DNA of 63,424 nucleotides, filler included, from Squatina squatina (GCA_031763465.1; 4 parts of 3 records of this genome joined end to end with filler, not necessarily neighbours in it); one strand, 5' to 3'. Shown: positions 38,079 through 52,164, numbered from the whole stretch's first letter. Notes: generated by a model from the letters alone, not told the origin. Numbers and translations are program-made.

Positions 38079-41000
38079 AATAAAGTAAATGTTTTGATCA
38101 ATTTTTACGATAGGTGGTGGAAGTGAGAATGAAGGATATGAAACACTTGTCAGAGATACCGGTAGAANNNNNNNNNNNNNNNNNNNNNNNNNNNNNNNNN
38201 NNNNNNNNNNNNNNNNNNNNNNNNNNNNNNNNNNNNNNNNNNNNNNNNNNNNNNNNNNNNNNNNNNNGATGCGTGGGCTGGACATCCAAGAGCTGCAGTG
38301 GGAGACCCAGTCCATTTTAACCCCAGGCTGGATTAAAATTTCGCTGGCCAGCTGCCCAGCTAGAATGGCGTCAAGTGGCAGCTCGGTTTTGGGCTTGTGA
38401 AGATCAGGTGCTCTGGAGGCTGCCACGCCAGTGGGGTGGCGGTGATGGGTTTGGGGGATTTTTGTAGGTCGGAGGGGTGGGGGAAGAGTCTGTGGAACCC
38501 AGAGCACTCCTACTTCTCCTGGTCTAACAAGGATGTTTTAAACTTAATCCGACAGGCTTTGCTGGGTGTTGCCAGGGTTTATTGAGTGGCGCTTTCACGG
38601 CAAACGCTCTTGCTTATTAGGCAGTTAAAATTGCATCAAGGTCCTAATGACATCATAGACCCAAATTCATAGTTGTTCATGAGGTTTCCGCCTGAGTTCA
38701 ACTGCCCAAGGAAACATCGTCATTATAATAGGAAAAGAGCAGTGATTCCACTGCTTGGATTTTTAACTCCTTTTCCATCCAATTTCTGCCAGAGAGTGGG
38801 AGTTAATTTTCCCTCTATAGTTTTCCCAGTATGTGATGTAAAGTTTCACAAAATAACTTGCTTACCANNNNNNNNNNCCATCATTTAGTAACCATAACAG
38901 AAGATGCAAAATGCCACCCTTAAAATCAGGGCTGATCAGTTCTTTTCAATATATATTGTAAACTTCTTGGGAGTGTTATTTATTCCCAAATATTCACTAT
39001 GCAGACCTCGTGAACTTCATGCTGCTGCGATCTGCGCAGAACAGTCAGCTATTGTACCTTGTTGGGGATGGTGTTTTAGATTGTAATTAAAGCTTCAGTC
39101 GGCGCTCTCCAGTGGTTTATGATGTTATTAGAACCCCATGATTGAATTAGTCTTATAACTCCCTCCACCATAGTCATTATTCTATGTTTTTGGCTTTGTG
39201 TAAAAGTGTTTTATTTATGAGCCAAATCTTTCTTCAGCAGACAAGTAATCTATCTATGGTGATGTAATTTTACCCAGAATACCCTCAGGAATGGAATGTT
39301 GCAAGCTTGATTGCTCCTTTACTGAGGTGCACATAGTTAAAGGACTGTTTCTGGAAAAACTGTTTTTGTAAAGTAGTGTTCCTCTTTAATAAATTGAGGA
39401 ACAAATTGAAACATTTGAGCATGGGAAATCTTCCATATGTGGGAACCTAAAACTTTTATCAAATTCATGTGAATAAATCAACTAGCATCACTGTTATAAC
39501 TTGCCTCTTGTCAGTTGCCTGTTCGATGATGGGTGCAAGTGTTTTAGTTGGAAAGTTAATGCAGANNNNNNNNNNNNNNNNNNNNNNNNNNNNNNNNNNN
39601 NNNNNNNNNNNNNNNNNNNNNNNNNNNNNNNNNNNNNNNNNNNNNNNNNNNNNNNNNNNNNNNNNAATGCTTCTTCTGGTTCTCAGGGTGAATAAATCTC
39701 TTAACAATTTGAAAACTAAAAGCAGGGATGATGTCATGTTTCTAATACCATGGATAAGTCATTTATCACTGGCCTTTGATGGAACTTTGGGATTACTGGA
39801 GGTTATCAACAAAATATAATTTGCCCTAATTGGTTGGTGAACCAGCAGGCCAGAGGTAATGGTGTAACCGTGAATAGGATTAAACTTTGATAGTCTTAAA
39901 ATCCCCATCTCCACTTATAAATTTGCGTTTGCTGTGAAATTACAGCTCATCTGAATTTTAAGTGCAGTCAAAATTTAGCAAAGGAATAGAAATGCAACAA
40001 AATAAATCTTTTTAGAATTGGCTTTCCAAAATGCCAGTCTGGCTAAAGTAGTTTGATTTGAATCTCAACATTTTTGTTGTCCCTCGGTTTTTTCCCAGCA
40101 TACAGTAACTTGATTCTGTTTCTTCATTGCAGAAGCATAGTTATGTAAAGATTGAGAAAATGGGGGAGCCCTTTCCTTCCCCTTTTCTTCTCCCCTCAAG
40201 TGCATATGGGGCCTTATTTTCAGTTCTAATCCCACGGGGATTTTGAATATAACATCAAGGATTGACTTTTAAATGGTTGTAAATTTGAGCTAGAAATGTT
40301 AAGCAAATCCAGTTTGAACAACAAAACATGGTACTGACTGATTTCTTAGCAGTAACTGAGCCGTATGTTAAAATGAGTTGGGTTTATCCTTCTGTCAGGC
40401 AACCCAGCATTTTTCACTGTGAAGAAGCCTTTGCAGCTGGAATATAAATATAACTACTGTATATTACAGTAAAAGTTAAATATTTCAGATTTTTAAGGGA
40501 ACAAATTTCTTTGAAGTTGTGGCTGTTGCTAAAGAGAGTTTGACTTGTTGCTTTAGGTGAGGCATTAGGTGGGTGATTTTTTAAATACTGTTTTTGCATT
40601 GTCCAAAAAGCCCTAAAGTGCTGTGGAACTCTCATACTCTGGCTGTCTCAGTGGAGGAAGCATGTTTTTTCAGCACATCAGTTGTAACTGCAGTAAGTGG
40701 AAAAATGGTCCCCAATTCTTGCATAACCCTCAAATCCAGCGAGTGAAATATCATTTGCTTGTTGTTGGATTTATTTTTCTTTGTTTGATACAGCAGCTTA
40801 ACTTTTCCACAATAAATTCTGCTGAATTCTGATTTTAATTATAGACAGAAAGTCACAACATTACAAATTAAATGTTTATAATCTCTGTTTAATGCACTTC
40901 AACACTAGGAACAACACTTTGCAATTATGTAACACTTTTCACATACCAAAACCTCACAAAAAGACTACCAGGGGATCGGATGATATGCAGGAAGTGGGAG

Positions 41001-44000
41001 AAAAGTCTACTGAGCAATTCTGTAAGATAAAAGGCTAGTGTGATCAAAACAGTCTCCACCACCTATTTTAATGGAGAACCTTTGTGATTTTAACATTTTA
41101 GAAATGTTCAACAATGAAAAGATGAGACAACAGATGCTTTTGGGGTTTTTTTTAAACTACAATTAAAGAAGNNNNNNNNNNNNNNNNNNNNNNNNNNNNN
41201 NNNNNNNNNNNNNNNNNNNNNNNNNNNNNNNNNNNNNNNNNNNNNNNNNNNNNNNNNNNNNNNNNNNNNNNTTCAGCTTTTGAGGGACCTGCTATATACT
41301 TCCAGCATTTTATTGTTCACTGACGCTACCTGTTAAATATTGGGAAGACCAAAACCATTGTCTTCAGTCCTCCATTCCCTAGCCACTGACTCCATCCCTC
41401 ACCTGAGAATGTTGCTAAAGTTACTCATCATCACAGTCAGGTCGGTGACCTTAAACCCAATACAGAGGATGTCTAACCTTTGCTGCCTGAATCTCAAGAC
41501 TTGAAAGCCTTGGCATTGCAGTTGTAAAGAGACTTGATCACAAATACAATGTAGCAACAGTCAGAGTAGTTTAGAAGTCTCTCCTTGTTTTTTTCTCAAT
41601 CCACAAATCACTAAGGATTCCATTCGAGCCACTATACCTGTTATAATTCTCTCCGTAGTGGACTGGAGCACAAACATTCTGTAGTCCAGCACCACATGTA
41701 TCTCAGAGAGGCAGCCTTTGATACTTTACAACCTTTGATCCACTGACTTGTGAAACAGAGCAGTACTGTGCATATCCTATTACTGCTCCAGGACTCTTGC
41801 TTTGAAAGTTGTCCACTGATCTCCATTCCCATTGGCTCTTCCTCAGATACCTTAGGCTTTTGATGCTTATGTCCAATTGTGGTTTCTCCAATTCACATTG
41901 CTGCTTTTGTAGCACTGCACTCTCTGTGCTAGGTACAGGCTCACATGGGGAGTGGAAGTGTAGACAGTGTCAATGAAGTTATCGCTGTCTGGGTGATACT
42001 TTTGCCAGGGCTAAAAAAATAATGCTTTTGCATGCCATTTGTGGCAGTGGTTGTGCTTCAACTTCAGATGATCAAGACTCACCCGTGAGAAGGAAAATAT
42101 ATATCAGGGGTCTACCACACTTTTAGAACTGCATTAGCAATAAAGATGAATATATTTATGGACATTAAGTTACTGTGCTAAATAAGGAAATGACATAACA
42201 ATTTGTATTGTTTTATACTGATGGATTCCAAAATCATGATTTTGAAATATGTTCTAGAGAAACACAAATATATTGAGAATAGCAGCCTTCCTTGGGCTCT
42301 CTTCCAGTCTGCCGAGCTGAGTAATGCACTATTCGATTGTTGCTATTTCCTTCTTTTCATGGGATCCTAATTCAATTGCTCTCCTGCTTTAGCACTTGAT
42401 TTTAATCTGTTCCTTATTGGAATTTTTAGCATCACCGAGGAATGATATAACCTCATGTCACAATCTTCTGTGCTTGAGGATAATACTTAACCAGAGACCA
42501 ACGATCGGACACCTCCTGGTGTGTGGATTTTAGTCCAAATCCAGATTGCATGCACACCTGGCCATTAACAACTTCCACACCCCGCTAAACAAACCAGGCT
42601 TCCCAGATGTAATGATTATAATCACCATTATCCAATCAACTCTGCCATCAGTATAACAACGACAGTCAATAGCTTCAGCTTGCTATGATAACTAATGTTT
42701 ACTATTGCTGCTGTTTGATGACTGGATGCCTTATCAACAGAAGTAAATTGAGATTCAAAGAGTGGGAATCCTTGGTGTTCATAGTTGGCAAATGTTGATT
42801 AATGTCACATAACGGACTGAAGTGGCTTCCTAATTAATGTTGAGGCCTCAATTTTAACCGCCACCCCACCCCACCCAGCACCATCAACCAGCGGGAGAGG
42901 GTTGGGGCCAAGTAGAAATATCAGGATCGGGCAACCCAACCACATTCTCGCCCCTTTAAATTTTAAAGTGCAGGAATCAGGCCATCAACGAGGCTCCCGC
43001 ATAAGGCAGCGGAGGGCCTAATTACTGTACCAAAGTCGCAGCCTGTTGACATCATCAGCGCCGCCACTTAAATTAACAGAAAGCGAGGGGGAGGCCTGAG
43101 CTGTGGGACTCCTGACAGCTGAACTGATGCGGGACCTGCTGGGTCCTCAAGGTACGTGGCTCTTTCAGCACACCTTGTGGGCCAGGAAGAGCAGAAGTGC
43201 TTCCCANNNNNNNNNNNNNNNNNNNNNNNNNNNNNNNNNNNNNNNNNNNNNNNNNNNNNNNNNNNNNNNNNNNNNNNNNNNNNNNNNNNNNNNNNNNNNN
43301 NNNNNNGAGTCTCAGCTTGTTATATTTCTAGCTGCTTTGCAGTTTGTGCCTAGTTATTATCCCAGCTTCAGAAGGAATGGTATCTGCTGCCCCCTAGCGC
43401 AGTATCTCAGAATCCTATTCAAATATATGTGTATCATGAACGGTCCTAATAGATGATGCTCAGCAGATTTGATGACATAATGACCCACCTCCCCAGGCAG
43501 ACCAATCAGATGTAATATTCTAATCTCATGTTCTTTTACCTTCTCATTGGCTGAGAGCGATGCATATGCAGATATTTTTTTCATCCCTGACTTCTGAGAC
43601 AATTGGTGCATGGCACAAAATCATTTTACTATATTAAGCCACCAGGCCAGTGCTAGATGTCACCCTTGAGATTGTGGATAAGGTTGCATTTGTTGGTGTG
43701 TAAGTGTCATATATCTACAAGGGGTGCTAAAATTGAAAGCATATATTTATTGGGCAGGTTTACATAATTTATTTTTAAATGGATGTTAAAATTTAAATAA
43801 ACATACTATTGGAATCACACAAACTATGTAAAATTTATCTGTAGAAAATTACTTCCCAGTTGTATTAGGCTCTGAATTAGCTGGACATATCCTAATTTGA
43901 ATATTTATTTCATAAATATATTTCACATTTTAAAATATTTTTACAAATTAAGTTGCGTGCAGATTTTTTTGTATAGATAATACACTTAACCAAGATTACA

Positions 44001-46499
44001 GGCACTGCAAGTACTAACTGTATGCAGTTAGTCACTGCCTTTCAATCAGTAGTTCCTGACTCAATACCTCATCTAGTACATTAACCCATTGATCAACATA
44101 CACTAATGTTTAGATTTGGATAGAANNNNNNNNNNNNNNNNNNNNNNNNNNNNNNNNNNNNNNNNNNNNNNNNNNNNNNNNNNNNNNNNNNNNNNNNNNN
44201 NNNNNNNNNNNNNNNNNNNNNNNNNCCTTGAGGTTTTTAAATGTAAATGCAAAGTCAATGGAACTAGAGCTTGCCAAAGGTTTGGAACACTTCATTGCTG
44301 TTTCCAACCATACGAGCCCACAGTTTGATTGACAAGACACAATAGATTTACAGATGTGACCTGTCAATCACATGGTGCTTTGCTTCTGTGGAAAAGGCGA
44401 ATTTCAATACAACGAGCTGAATCAGCAGATGCCCATGCATCTCTTTTTTGAAAATAAAGTAATTGCAAGGGCCCAACCAGACTGCATTTCAAATCAGGGC
44501 TCGGAGGCATTGATATGATATTGTGGCGCCAATTATCACTTCAGAATTTTCGGAATGTAAAAAAAAAGAGAAATCAAAAGGCGAGTGCCTCGGGGTAAGA
44601 AATCTGTTCGACCCAGCTGTTCCCTGAATGGTAAGTTCAGCAACACACTCAGTGGAAGGACGCAGATGCTGGGAGCTTTCTCTGATAGTGCAAGGAAAGG
44701 ACACTTGGAGCACAAATGCTTCCGCTGCCACACCGTTTTTGCAGCTTGTCCCAGGGCTGGACCGGTAGAGGCTCCAGAGCAGCCCATTGGTCCGACCAGC
44801 TGGTGGGTGTTGTGCAACACTGGGGGATGCACGGGGACAGTGGTGGGGAGACAACCTGCTGAAGATAAACATGTGAGAAATATCAAATAAGAGAAAAGCT
44901 ATAATTTCAAATGAAATATGCAGGCAAAGAGGACTTCTGAAGAATCGTGTCTTCATGCTGGGTGTTACTAAAGCCCATTATGCATCTCGTAGAAATGCTT
45001 ATTGATGCAAAAGTCATCAATCATTTTTTCCACCATGCATGACTGTAAATTATGACATTATCTGTGGCTTGATGGACAAAAATAAAAAGCGAGACTGGGA
45101 AATTACAGGCCAAGACCTCCTCTTTTTGGGGCTGTCAGTTCTGTTCTAAAACATCAAGGGCACTCTTATTAAAAGCAACCAAATACATCACCGGGTTGTC
45201 GTGGGTTTATGTGTGTGCTCAGCTGAGGGGACTGAGAGCTGCAGCTGCTTCTTGGCTTTGGCAAGTCTGCTTCGAGGGACAGTTGCTGGGGTACCAGGTC
45301 TGAAGTATCTGCAGTAGACTGGCATCCCAGTGTGCTGTCCCGACAGTAACCTCACTAAGTCATGACTGCAAGTAAGATGCTGCCACTGAGATAAAAGAGT
45401 TTGTTCTTATGATCTCCCTAAATGAGAAGTGTTTCAGTATTGTACTGTACTATTTCAGTTGCTAAAGTGTAAACATATCAGTCCTTTGCTTACTGTAATT
45501 TCTTCCACGGCTCCCCGGGCAGCTTTCGATGTGATTTATATTTTATTGATTTTATTATTTTAATGCAGTATAAAAATAAAAACAGTTTATTTACTAATAC
45601 TTTCAGTTTTGCAATAATAACAACTTGTAATTATAAAGTGCCTGTAACATAGAAAAACATCCCATGGAACTTCACAAGTATGTGTTGCATATTGGTGAAG
45701 TTCCAAATTATATGTATTTAATACTATTGCCTGACACAGAATTTCCAGAAATAGGTTGTAGATTACCTCTCAATAAGCCTGTACTAGTAATATATCATTA
45801 CTGTTAACTCTTTCTGTGTGACTGTCATCACACATCAAGACAAGGAGCACACTAGAATTAAAAAACTCACGTAAAATTGAAAAGGTATATATTATAAATA
45901 ATAACAGACACCAGAGAGTCAGTTCAAGAATACAATGTAGTCTTCAAATGAGATGATAGTTATAGTTGCTCAAGCTCTGATTTATGACTTGAAGCCCCTG
46001 AGTTATGCCGGTGTCCCTTTAATAATTCCCAGAATTCAATATTCCATATGTAAACAGAGGTAGGAAGATACAAAAAAAATTATGTTTCAAATATTTAACT
46101 TCCTGCATTACCAGCCTCCAATAACTGGTCACCTTCTTAGATCAAGAAAGATCATAAAATCTCCTGTCTAGGAGAAGAAAGCCATAGAAACTCCTATCTT
46201 TCTAAGAGACTTTAGGGTAGAACATTTCTTTGCTTCACAGCACAGAGGTGCCTCCAGGCAGCCATCTTCCTTGATCAACACACATGCCTGCTGTGTTGCA
46301 TGTCAGATCTTTTTCATTCAGTATTGCATGTTTTTGTTAGTTTTTGGAGCTTGAATTTATTATTTTGTACAGGTTCCATGATATCATTTCATTCGTATCG
46401 AATTGTATTTCATGTTATTTGCAGGGAGTTTTTCTATGATAGTAGTTCAGTGTCTCACATCACAAACAACATTTTAATATCACCATTCATCATTTGTGA

Positions 46500-46640
46500 A
46501 AGTAGACAGGGTTACCAAGCTGTACAGCCATGGGAGTTGGACAATGGAGAAGAGGCATTGGCGAGGATGCGTGGGTTGACCATGCCTAGAGCTGCAGAGA
46601 TGTTGAGGAGAATAAAGGAGAGAAATTCACCATAGTCATA
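46500..46640 (-). mobile_element. L2-like LINE fragment
   Basis: Purine-rich degenerate ORF2-like sequence abutting a gap. Confidence 0.4.
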
Positions 46641-47752
46641 TANNNNNNNNNNNNNNNNNNNNNNNNNNNNNNNNNNNNNNNNNNNNNNNNNNNNNNNNNN
46701 NNNNNNNNNNNNNNNNNNNNNNNNNNNNNNNNNNNNNNNNNNCAATTAGCTGTTGAACATGTTATACACCTTTGCAAAATGATTGCCTTGTAACCGGAAT
46801 AAGCAACAGACGAATAAAAGTGACTAGATCACATACAGATTCAGGTGATAGTCCCATTCTGCTTTGACATCAAGATGTTGTTAAGTTTAAACTATGATTA
46901 GAATCAGAAATTTTACAGCATGGAAGGAGAACATTTGGCCTATCGTACTGACTCTCTGAAAGAATTATCCGCTTACCTCATTCCCCAACCCTTTCCCCGT
47001 ATCCTTTTGTACTTAGCCTCATTCCCCGACCCTTACATGATTATAGTTGAATCTTAAACACAATCATTTCTACAATATTATACAATGAAATGAAAGGTTT
47101 TTGTTTGATTATGAAGCACTTTAGAACTTTTGTTCCCACATTAAAGGTGCTATATAAGGCCAATTTTTTGTTGTGGATGTACTAATACAACATGAACTTA
47201 TTTGGAGCTGTTAAAAAATGACAGAGTAATTTTGATAAATGAAGAGGATGTCTTTGTAACCGGAGTATTTAATTTTTATTGTAAAATGGATGTGCAAACT
47301 GTCACAGTTCTGCTGGAAATTTCATATGGGTGTGATAAGAGAGCACCACAGATGTGTCGTGTTTTAACAGCTGAGACTTAAGTAGAATTAGTGAAGTAAT
47401 AGAATTATTGACAGGTCTCAGCATTATCATGATAAATGTGTCTGTCATAGCAGTTATGATTATGGAAAATTGTTAGGAGAGGTCAGAGATCCCATGAAAT
47501 GTTGGGTGTGGAGAAATGGGAAAATTGGAGGTTGAGTATGTAGGTATTGTGGACTTCTCAGAGGATGGTCAAAGAGTAGCATTGATGAAAGCCTGTTAAC
47601 AGGTCCCATGTCCACCTTCTCCATCACCTTTAAAATCTTTCTCTTTGCATACTTTGTTTACTGTGCTTTTAATTACCTATTATACATTTTTTTCTACTTC
47701 ATGTCCAACACATTCTTGGGACATTTAAATACATGAAAATAGCAATATTTAT

Positions 47753-47963
47753 GGCCCTGAATTTGCGATCGGAGGCTTCCTGCACGTGGCTGCCTCAAAT
47801 CACAATAATGTCTACGAACTTGCCTGACAGTACTGGATCCACATGAGTTTGCAATGTTATGCCCGCGAAAGTTAGAGATTCGCATCGGAGCTCTTCTCTT
47901 TCCTGGGTAAGTCCAGCGAAGGGTCTGGAGCGGTCACATAGGAGGCCCCAACCAATCAGGCAG
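47753..47963 (+). mobile_element. DNA-transposon-like repeat (family B), left end
   Basis: Starts GGCCCTGAATTTGCG (Harbinger-like terminus); interior matches 33908-34025. Confidence 0.6.
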
Positions 47964-48063
47964 NNNNNNNNNNNNNNNNNNNNNNNNNNNNNNNNNNNNN
48001 NNNNNNNTTAATTAATTAANNNNNNNNNNNNNNNNNNNNNNNNNNNNNNNNNNNNNNNNNNNN
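47964..48063. other. Artificial scaffold linker (N44-TTAATTAATTAA-N44)
   Basis: Six-frame stop at 48008-48019. Confidence 0.97.
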
Positions 48064-48914
48064 CTTCGCATTGAATTTCTAAATCCAGGTCATCTAAATC
48101 TAGGTCAATTATGTAAGTTAGAAATGGGAGTGAGCGCAGCACCGAGCGCATCTCACCTTTCCCCCCACCTTGATGTAACTTTTGTACTGAGTAACTATTG
48201 CTTCCTACCCTTCAGCAAGATTTTTTAATCCATTCGCAGGTTTTGCCCTAAATCCCTGCAACTTTGAGTTTAATTAAATGGCATTTTATGTGAAACTTCG
48301 TCAAAAGTCTTTAGGGAGTCTAGGTAAATATTGACTCCATGCGGATCTCGGGCCTCTTTGTTAACTGTTGGTGGTGACTCTCATCTCAACAACAGAAAAA
48401 GATGAAAATGTGAACAAAAAGAAAAACTTACCATCCAAACATCAGTTTGGCTTTTTTATTGTTCCTCCTTTTTTAATTTCTGTTGAAGTTTTCTTAATCT
48501 GTTGCACCAGGTTTTTTTTTTAACACCCATATATATTGAAAATTATCAACTTAAAAAAAAACTTGTCCTTAAACATGCTGAGAGGGACAGAGAGTTTATG
48601 TAACTATAAAATAATTATCTGTATATTAAACAACCATTGCACTATTTTTGTAGAAAGCTAACAATTATTTTATACAGAATAACTTTTTTTTGCATTTCCT
48701 GCTTCTATTTCTAACTATTGATAATGTAAGAGCAACTGAACAGTTAGTTTTGTACTTGACAAATACTGCATTCATTTAACAGTTCTTTGTGTGACACTGT
48801 TTTGTTTTAAAGTTAATGTATAAATGCAAGTTGTTACTTAGAAAATAAGTTCAGATCTTTTAAGTTTTCTGAATTACCAATGCTGCAAGTGTTGTAAGAT
48901 CGTGCAAAACATAC

Positions 48915-49069
48915 CTTTCGAAAAAGTCTTTGGCTTCCTCCGCCAGCAGATGTTGGATAGTAAATGTAAACATTGTGGTCCTCTGCACTCACTGGCTTCT
49001 CCACAAATGGCTTTTGAAAGACATCTCCATTGACCTCTACATGATCTTCACCCTCTATTAAATTACATT
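48915..49069 (-). CDS. PPIP5K2: PPIP5K2 kinase (ATP-grasp) exon ([51 protein letters not shown])
   Basis: 155-bp phase 1/0 exon, CTTAG acceptor, GTATGT donor; Vip1/PPIP5K signature [12 protein letters not shown]. Confidence 0.96.
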
Positions 49070-49419
49070 CTAAGAAGAGAAGTGTTTTATATTAGACATC
49101 TGTATGTGATTATAGGTTTATTTTCCTTAGAGTTTAACCATTAAAAACAGAAGGATATACAAAAAGTTTTATTTTGCACCCCAGCTACAGTATAAATTAT
49201 TCAAAGACTGTAGTTCAAACACGCATATTCCATTCAACCATTAGATTAGCATAAAGAGGTCTATATGCGCTATAAAAGAGATAGGCAAGGTATGCAAGAA
49301 CAGGAAAGTTATTTTAATGGAATATTTCAAATCAAGTTAACATAAACTGGGAAAACCCAAGTGGTTTAGGATCAGAGCTGGTAAATGTAATGCATGACAG
49401 CTTCTTGACCCACAGTGTC

Positions 49420-49665
49420 AAGGAAGCCACAAGAGGCAATGCTTCGAAAATGTGCACAAGATGGAATGGTTCTGAGCTGAGAAAAGACTGGAGAAACTTG
49501 CGCTTTTCAGGGTAGAATGGAAGCGTTTGGAAGATGATCTTGTAGAAGTATTAAAGATGGTTAACGGTATAGAAAAAGTTAATATATTACTTTCAATTAA
49601 ACTGCAGGAATAGAACAAGAAATTACAGGCTTAAACTAATAAAAGGTAAATATAGAACAAATGCT
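49420..49665 (+). mobile_element. Degraded CR1 3' fragment
   Basis: RLEKL.LF.VE...L..DLVEVLKM-like remnants. Confidence 0.6.
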
Positions 49666-49864
49666 TGCTAGCAACACCCATATGCTGAGAATGAAAAAAA
49701 AAACCTCTCTGGATGGGTGAAGTAAAATAAGCAAATGATTTTCCTCATCTATAATGATCTTGTGATCAGGGAACTGTAGCTTACAATAGTACACTCCAAT
49801 TGAATGTTATACCTGTACGATATCAACAGAGTGAACAAAAATAGTTAATCTAGAAATAGGTTAC

Positions 49865-49950
49865 CATCAGGTTTATTTGGATCCCGATTTAGTATTGCAT
49901 AGCGTGGCAACTCAATCCCTTCCTCTTTCAAAATTCGATAAACTTTCCTC
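49865..49950 (-). CDS. PPIP5K2: PPIP5K2 exon ([28 protein letters not shown])
   Basis: 86-bp phase 2/1 exon, TGCAG acceptor, GTAACC donor; joins in frame to 48915-49069. Confidence 0.95.
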
Positions 49951-50398
49951 CTGCACATAAAAATTAAGTCAGTTAAGTTCAGCAAGTTTTTTTTTTAAAA
50001 AACAATTTTAGATTTTTTTCCGTGTACAGTTAGAGAACTGCCAATTTTCATAAAATAATACTTTTTCTCCATAGCACCTAGAGCTGCAGNNNNNNNNNNN
50101 NNNNNNNNNNNNNNNNNNNNNNNNNNNNNNNNNNNNNNNNNNNNNNNNNNNNNNNNNNNNNNNNNNNNNNNNNNNNNNNNNNNNNNNNNTCAATTATGCA
50201 TTCTTAAAAATAATGTTATTAAGGTAACTTTTTTTTTAATGATAAACTGACTTGAGAAAATGGAAGAAAACAGTTAACAAGATGAATCCTCGAAGGACTA
50301 TAATTTTCTCCTAAAGCCGCAATTAATTAAAAATATCCAACTTTATAATATTCAAGCATTTAAAAAAGGTATCGAAAATCTTGGAGATGGTACACATT

Positions 50399-51093
50399 GG
50401 CCCAGATTTTGCGGTCAGTGACACCAGCCATTCGTTACACTTACACTTGCCCATAGGCTTTCTGTGGGCATTTACACGGCAACTTGCTGTGATTAAAAAT
50501 CCATTTTAAGCACAGCGCCCTCTACAGGGGATCTGAGACCTGTGTGACAAGGGCAAGAAACCCCTTAACCAATCGGAGTCTGTACCAGGAAATGCAAGTT
50601 AGAATATTAAATTCAATGCCAAATCATGTGTAGAAAGGAAAAGAGAGGGAAAGAAAGATGGGATTAAGAGAGATAAAAGCCAGAAAGAAAAAGTATATAT
50701 TTTTAATCTCTCCAACAATAAATAAAAACTGAAGGAATAAGACTCCACACTTGTAAAAGTTAATTTTCAGTACAAGAAATGTTATTTGGCAGCAATTAAG
50801 ACTTATCACGCCATTAAAAATTTACTTACACTGGAATGGACAAGCCCTAACTTTTTCTGCCGTGTTAGTGGGCACCGCAATTTCATGCCGTTCCATGTAT
50901 TTGAATGCCAAGCCTCTCAGCAAGATATCTGTATAGCGCAGCTTCTAGAGGAGTGAGGCAACTCGGACAGGAATTTCCTGATTTCTGCATTTAACTGTGC
51001 ACGTGCAGTCACCGGACATTGCTGTCCGATTTACTCTTTAACAATGGTGAGGGCCGATAGCTTCACCATTATTTTTACTGCAAAATCTGGGTC
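50399..51093 (+). mobile_element. Complete Harbinger-like MITE (family A), 695 bp, in a PPIP5K2 intron
   Basis: TIRs GGCCCAGATTTTGC / GCAAAATCTGGGTC (13/14), flanks ATT and AAT; interior matches 21181-21687. Confidence 0.82.
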
Positions 51094-51192
51094 AATAACT
51101 CTAAATTATGCAGAGAAAAGACATTGAATAAAGCTAATGGATCTCAGCACTCAAAGTATGATCAGACATCATACGCATCTCAAAACTGCTAC

Positions 51193-51388
51193 CTTTTGAA
51201 TGGAAAGAAATGAGGCAATCACAAAGTGGCCACTGCTCCACTGGCTCATTTAGTATAGTGTCTTCTTCAAATATCACAGTAGTGATGTATTTGAACCTGC
51301 AAAGTCGTCCCAGAATCTCACTCATTGGCTTAGACGTAGATTTCTTGGCCATGGCACAAATTCCAACCACAATCTGCCTTTCTGGTGG
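51193..51388 (-). CDS. PPIP5K2: PPIP5K2 second coding exon ([29 protein letters not shown]...[13 protein letters not shown])
   Basis: 196-bp phase 0/1 exon, TAG acceptor, GTAGCA donor; conserved PPIP5K N-terminal kinase segment. Confidence 0.96.
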
Positions 51389-51683
51389 CTATAGGACAAA
51401 GCAAGGTCACAGTACACATAATTAATCAAAATACCTCTCCATATAACAACCCTTGTAACAACTGTGTATTTTTTTTTCAAAGAAAAGGCAGCTACCTAAA
51501 AGTAATGAATAGGAACATGCCCTAGAACTGTAAATATAAAACTTTACTAAGTGCCGAAATTAACAATTTATATCTTCATTTAAATCTAAACTTCAACTTC
51601 AATTATCACATTCAATATAACTGTACATTTTGGCTTCAAATATATTTTACACATGAAGAAATTAATCAGTACTCAACACTCAC

Positions 51684-51809
51684 AGAATCGTATTCGTCAT
51701 CCTGATCAAAATCTTCAAATCCTTCATGTTTCATTTGATGCAGCAGTTCTCCATCTTCAGACCCCAGAAAGAAGTTAGGAGGCTCAGTTTCCAGGCCATG
51801 AGCAGACAT
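51684..51809 (-). CDS. PPIP5K2: PPIP5K2 first coding exon (MSAHGLETEPPNFFLGSEDGELLHQMKHEGFEDFDQDDEYDS)
   Basis: ATG at 51809-51807, GTGAGT donor, phase 0 into PPERQ; P.FF.G.ED motif and acidic stretch as in PPIP5K2; PAM adjacency supports paralogue 2. Confidence 0.88.
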
Positions 51810-52164
51810 GATTGTTCAGGCTTATCCTTTCTATCAAGAGCTAGCAGCCAAACTGCAAGCTAAGAAGCAGCACCTTCTGTGCACAGCTGTGCAACCAAAC
51901 AAGGTCAGTCAAGCCTGACTGCTTGATATGTGGCTAGCTGCCAAATGCACTTAAATTCATTACTGGAAACTCTACAAGTCTTAATCCGTGCACATTTTTA
52001 AAGCTTGTAGTACGTCCCAGACCATGGACTATTCTTGGAGATGCTCGACACCGTTCCATTCTTCNNNNNNNNNNNNNNNNNNNNNNNNNNNNNNNNNNNN
52101 NNNNNNNNNNNNNNNNNNNNNNNNNNNNNNNNNNNNNNNNNNNNNNNNNNNNNNNNNNNNNNNN

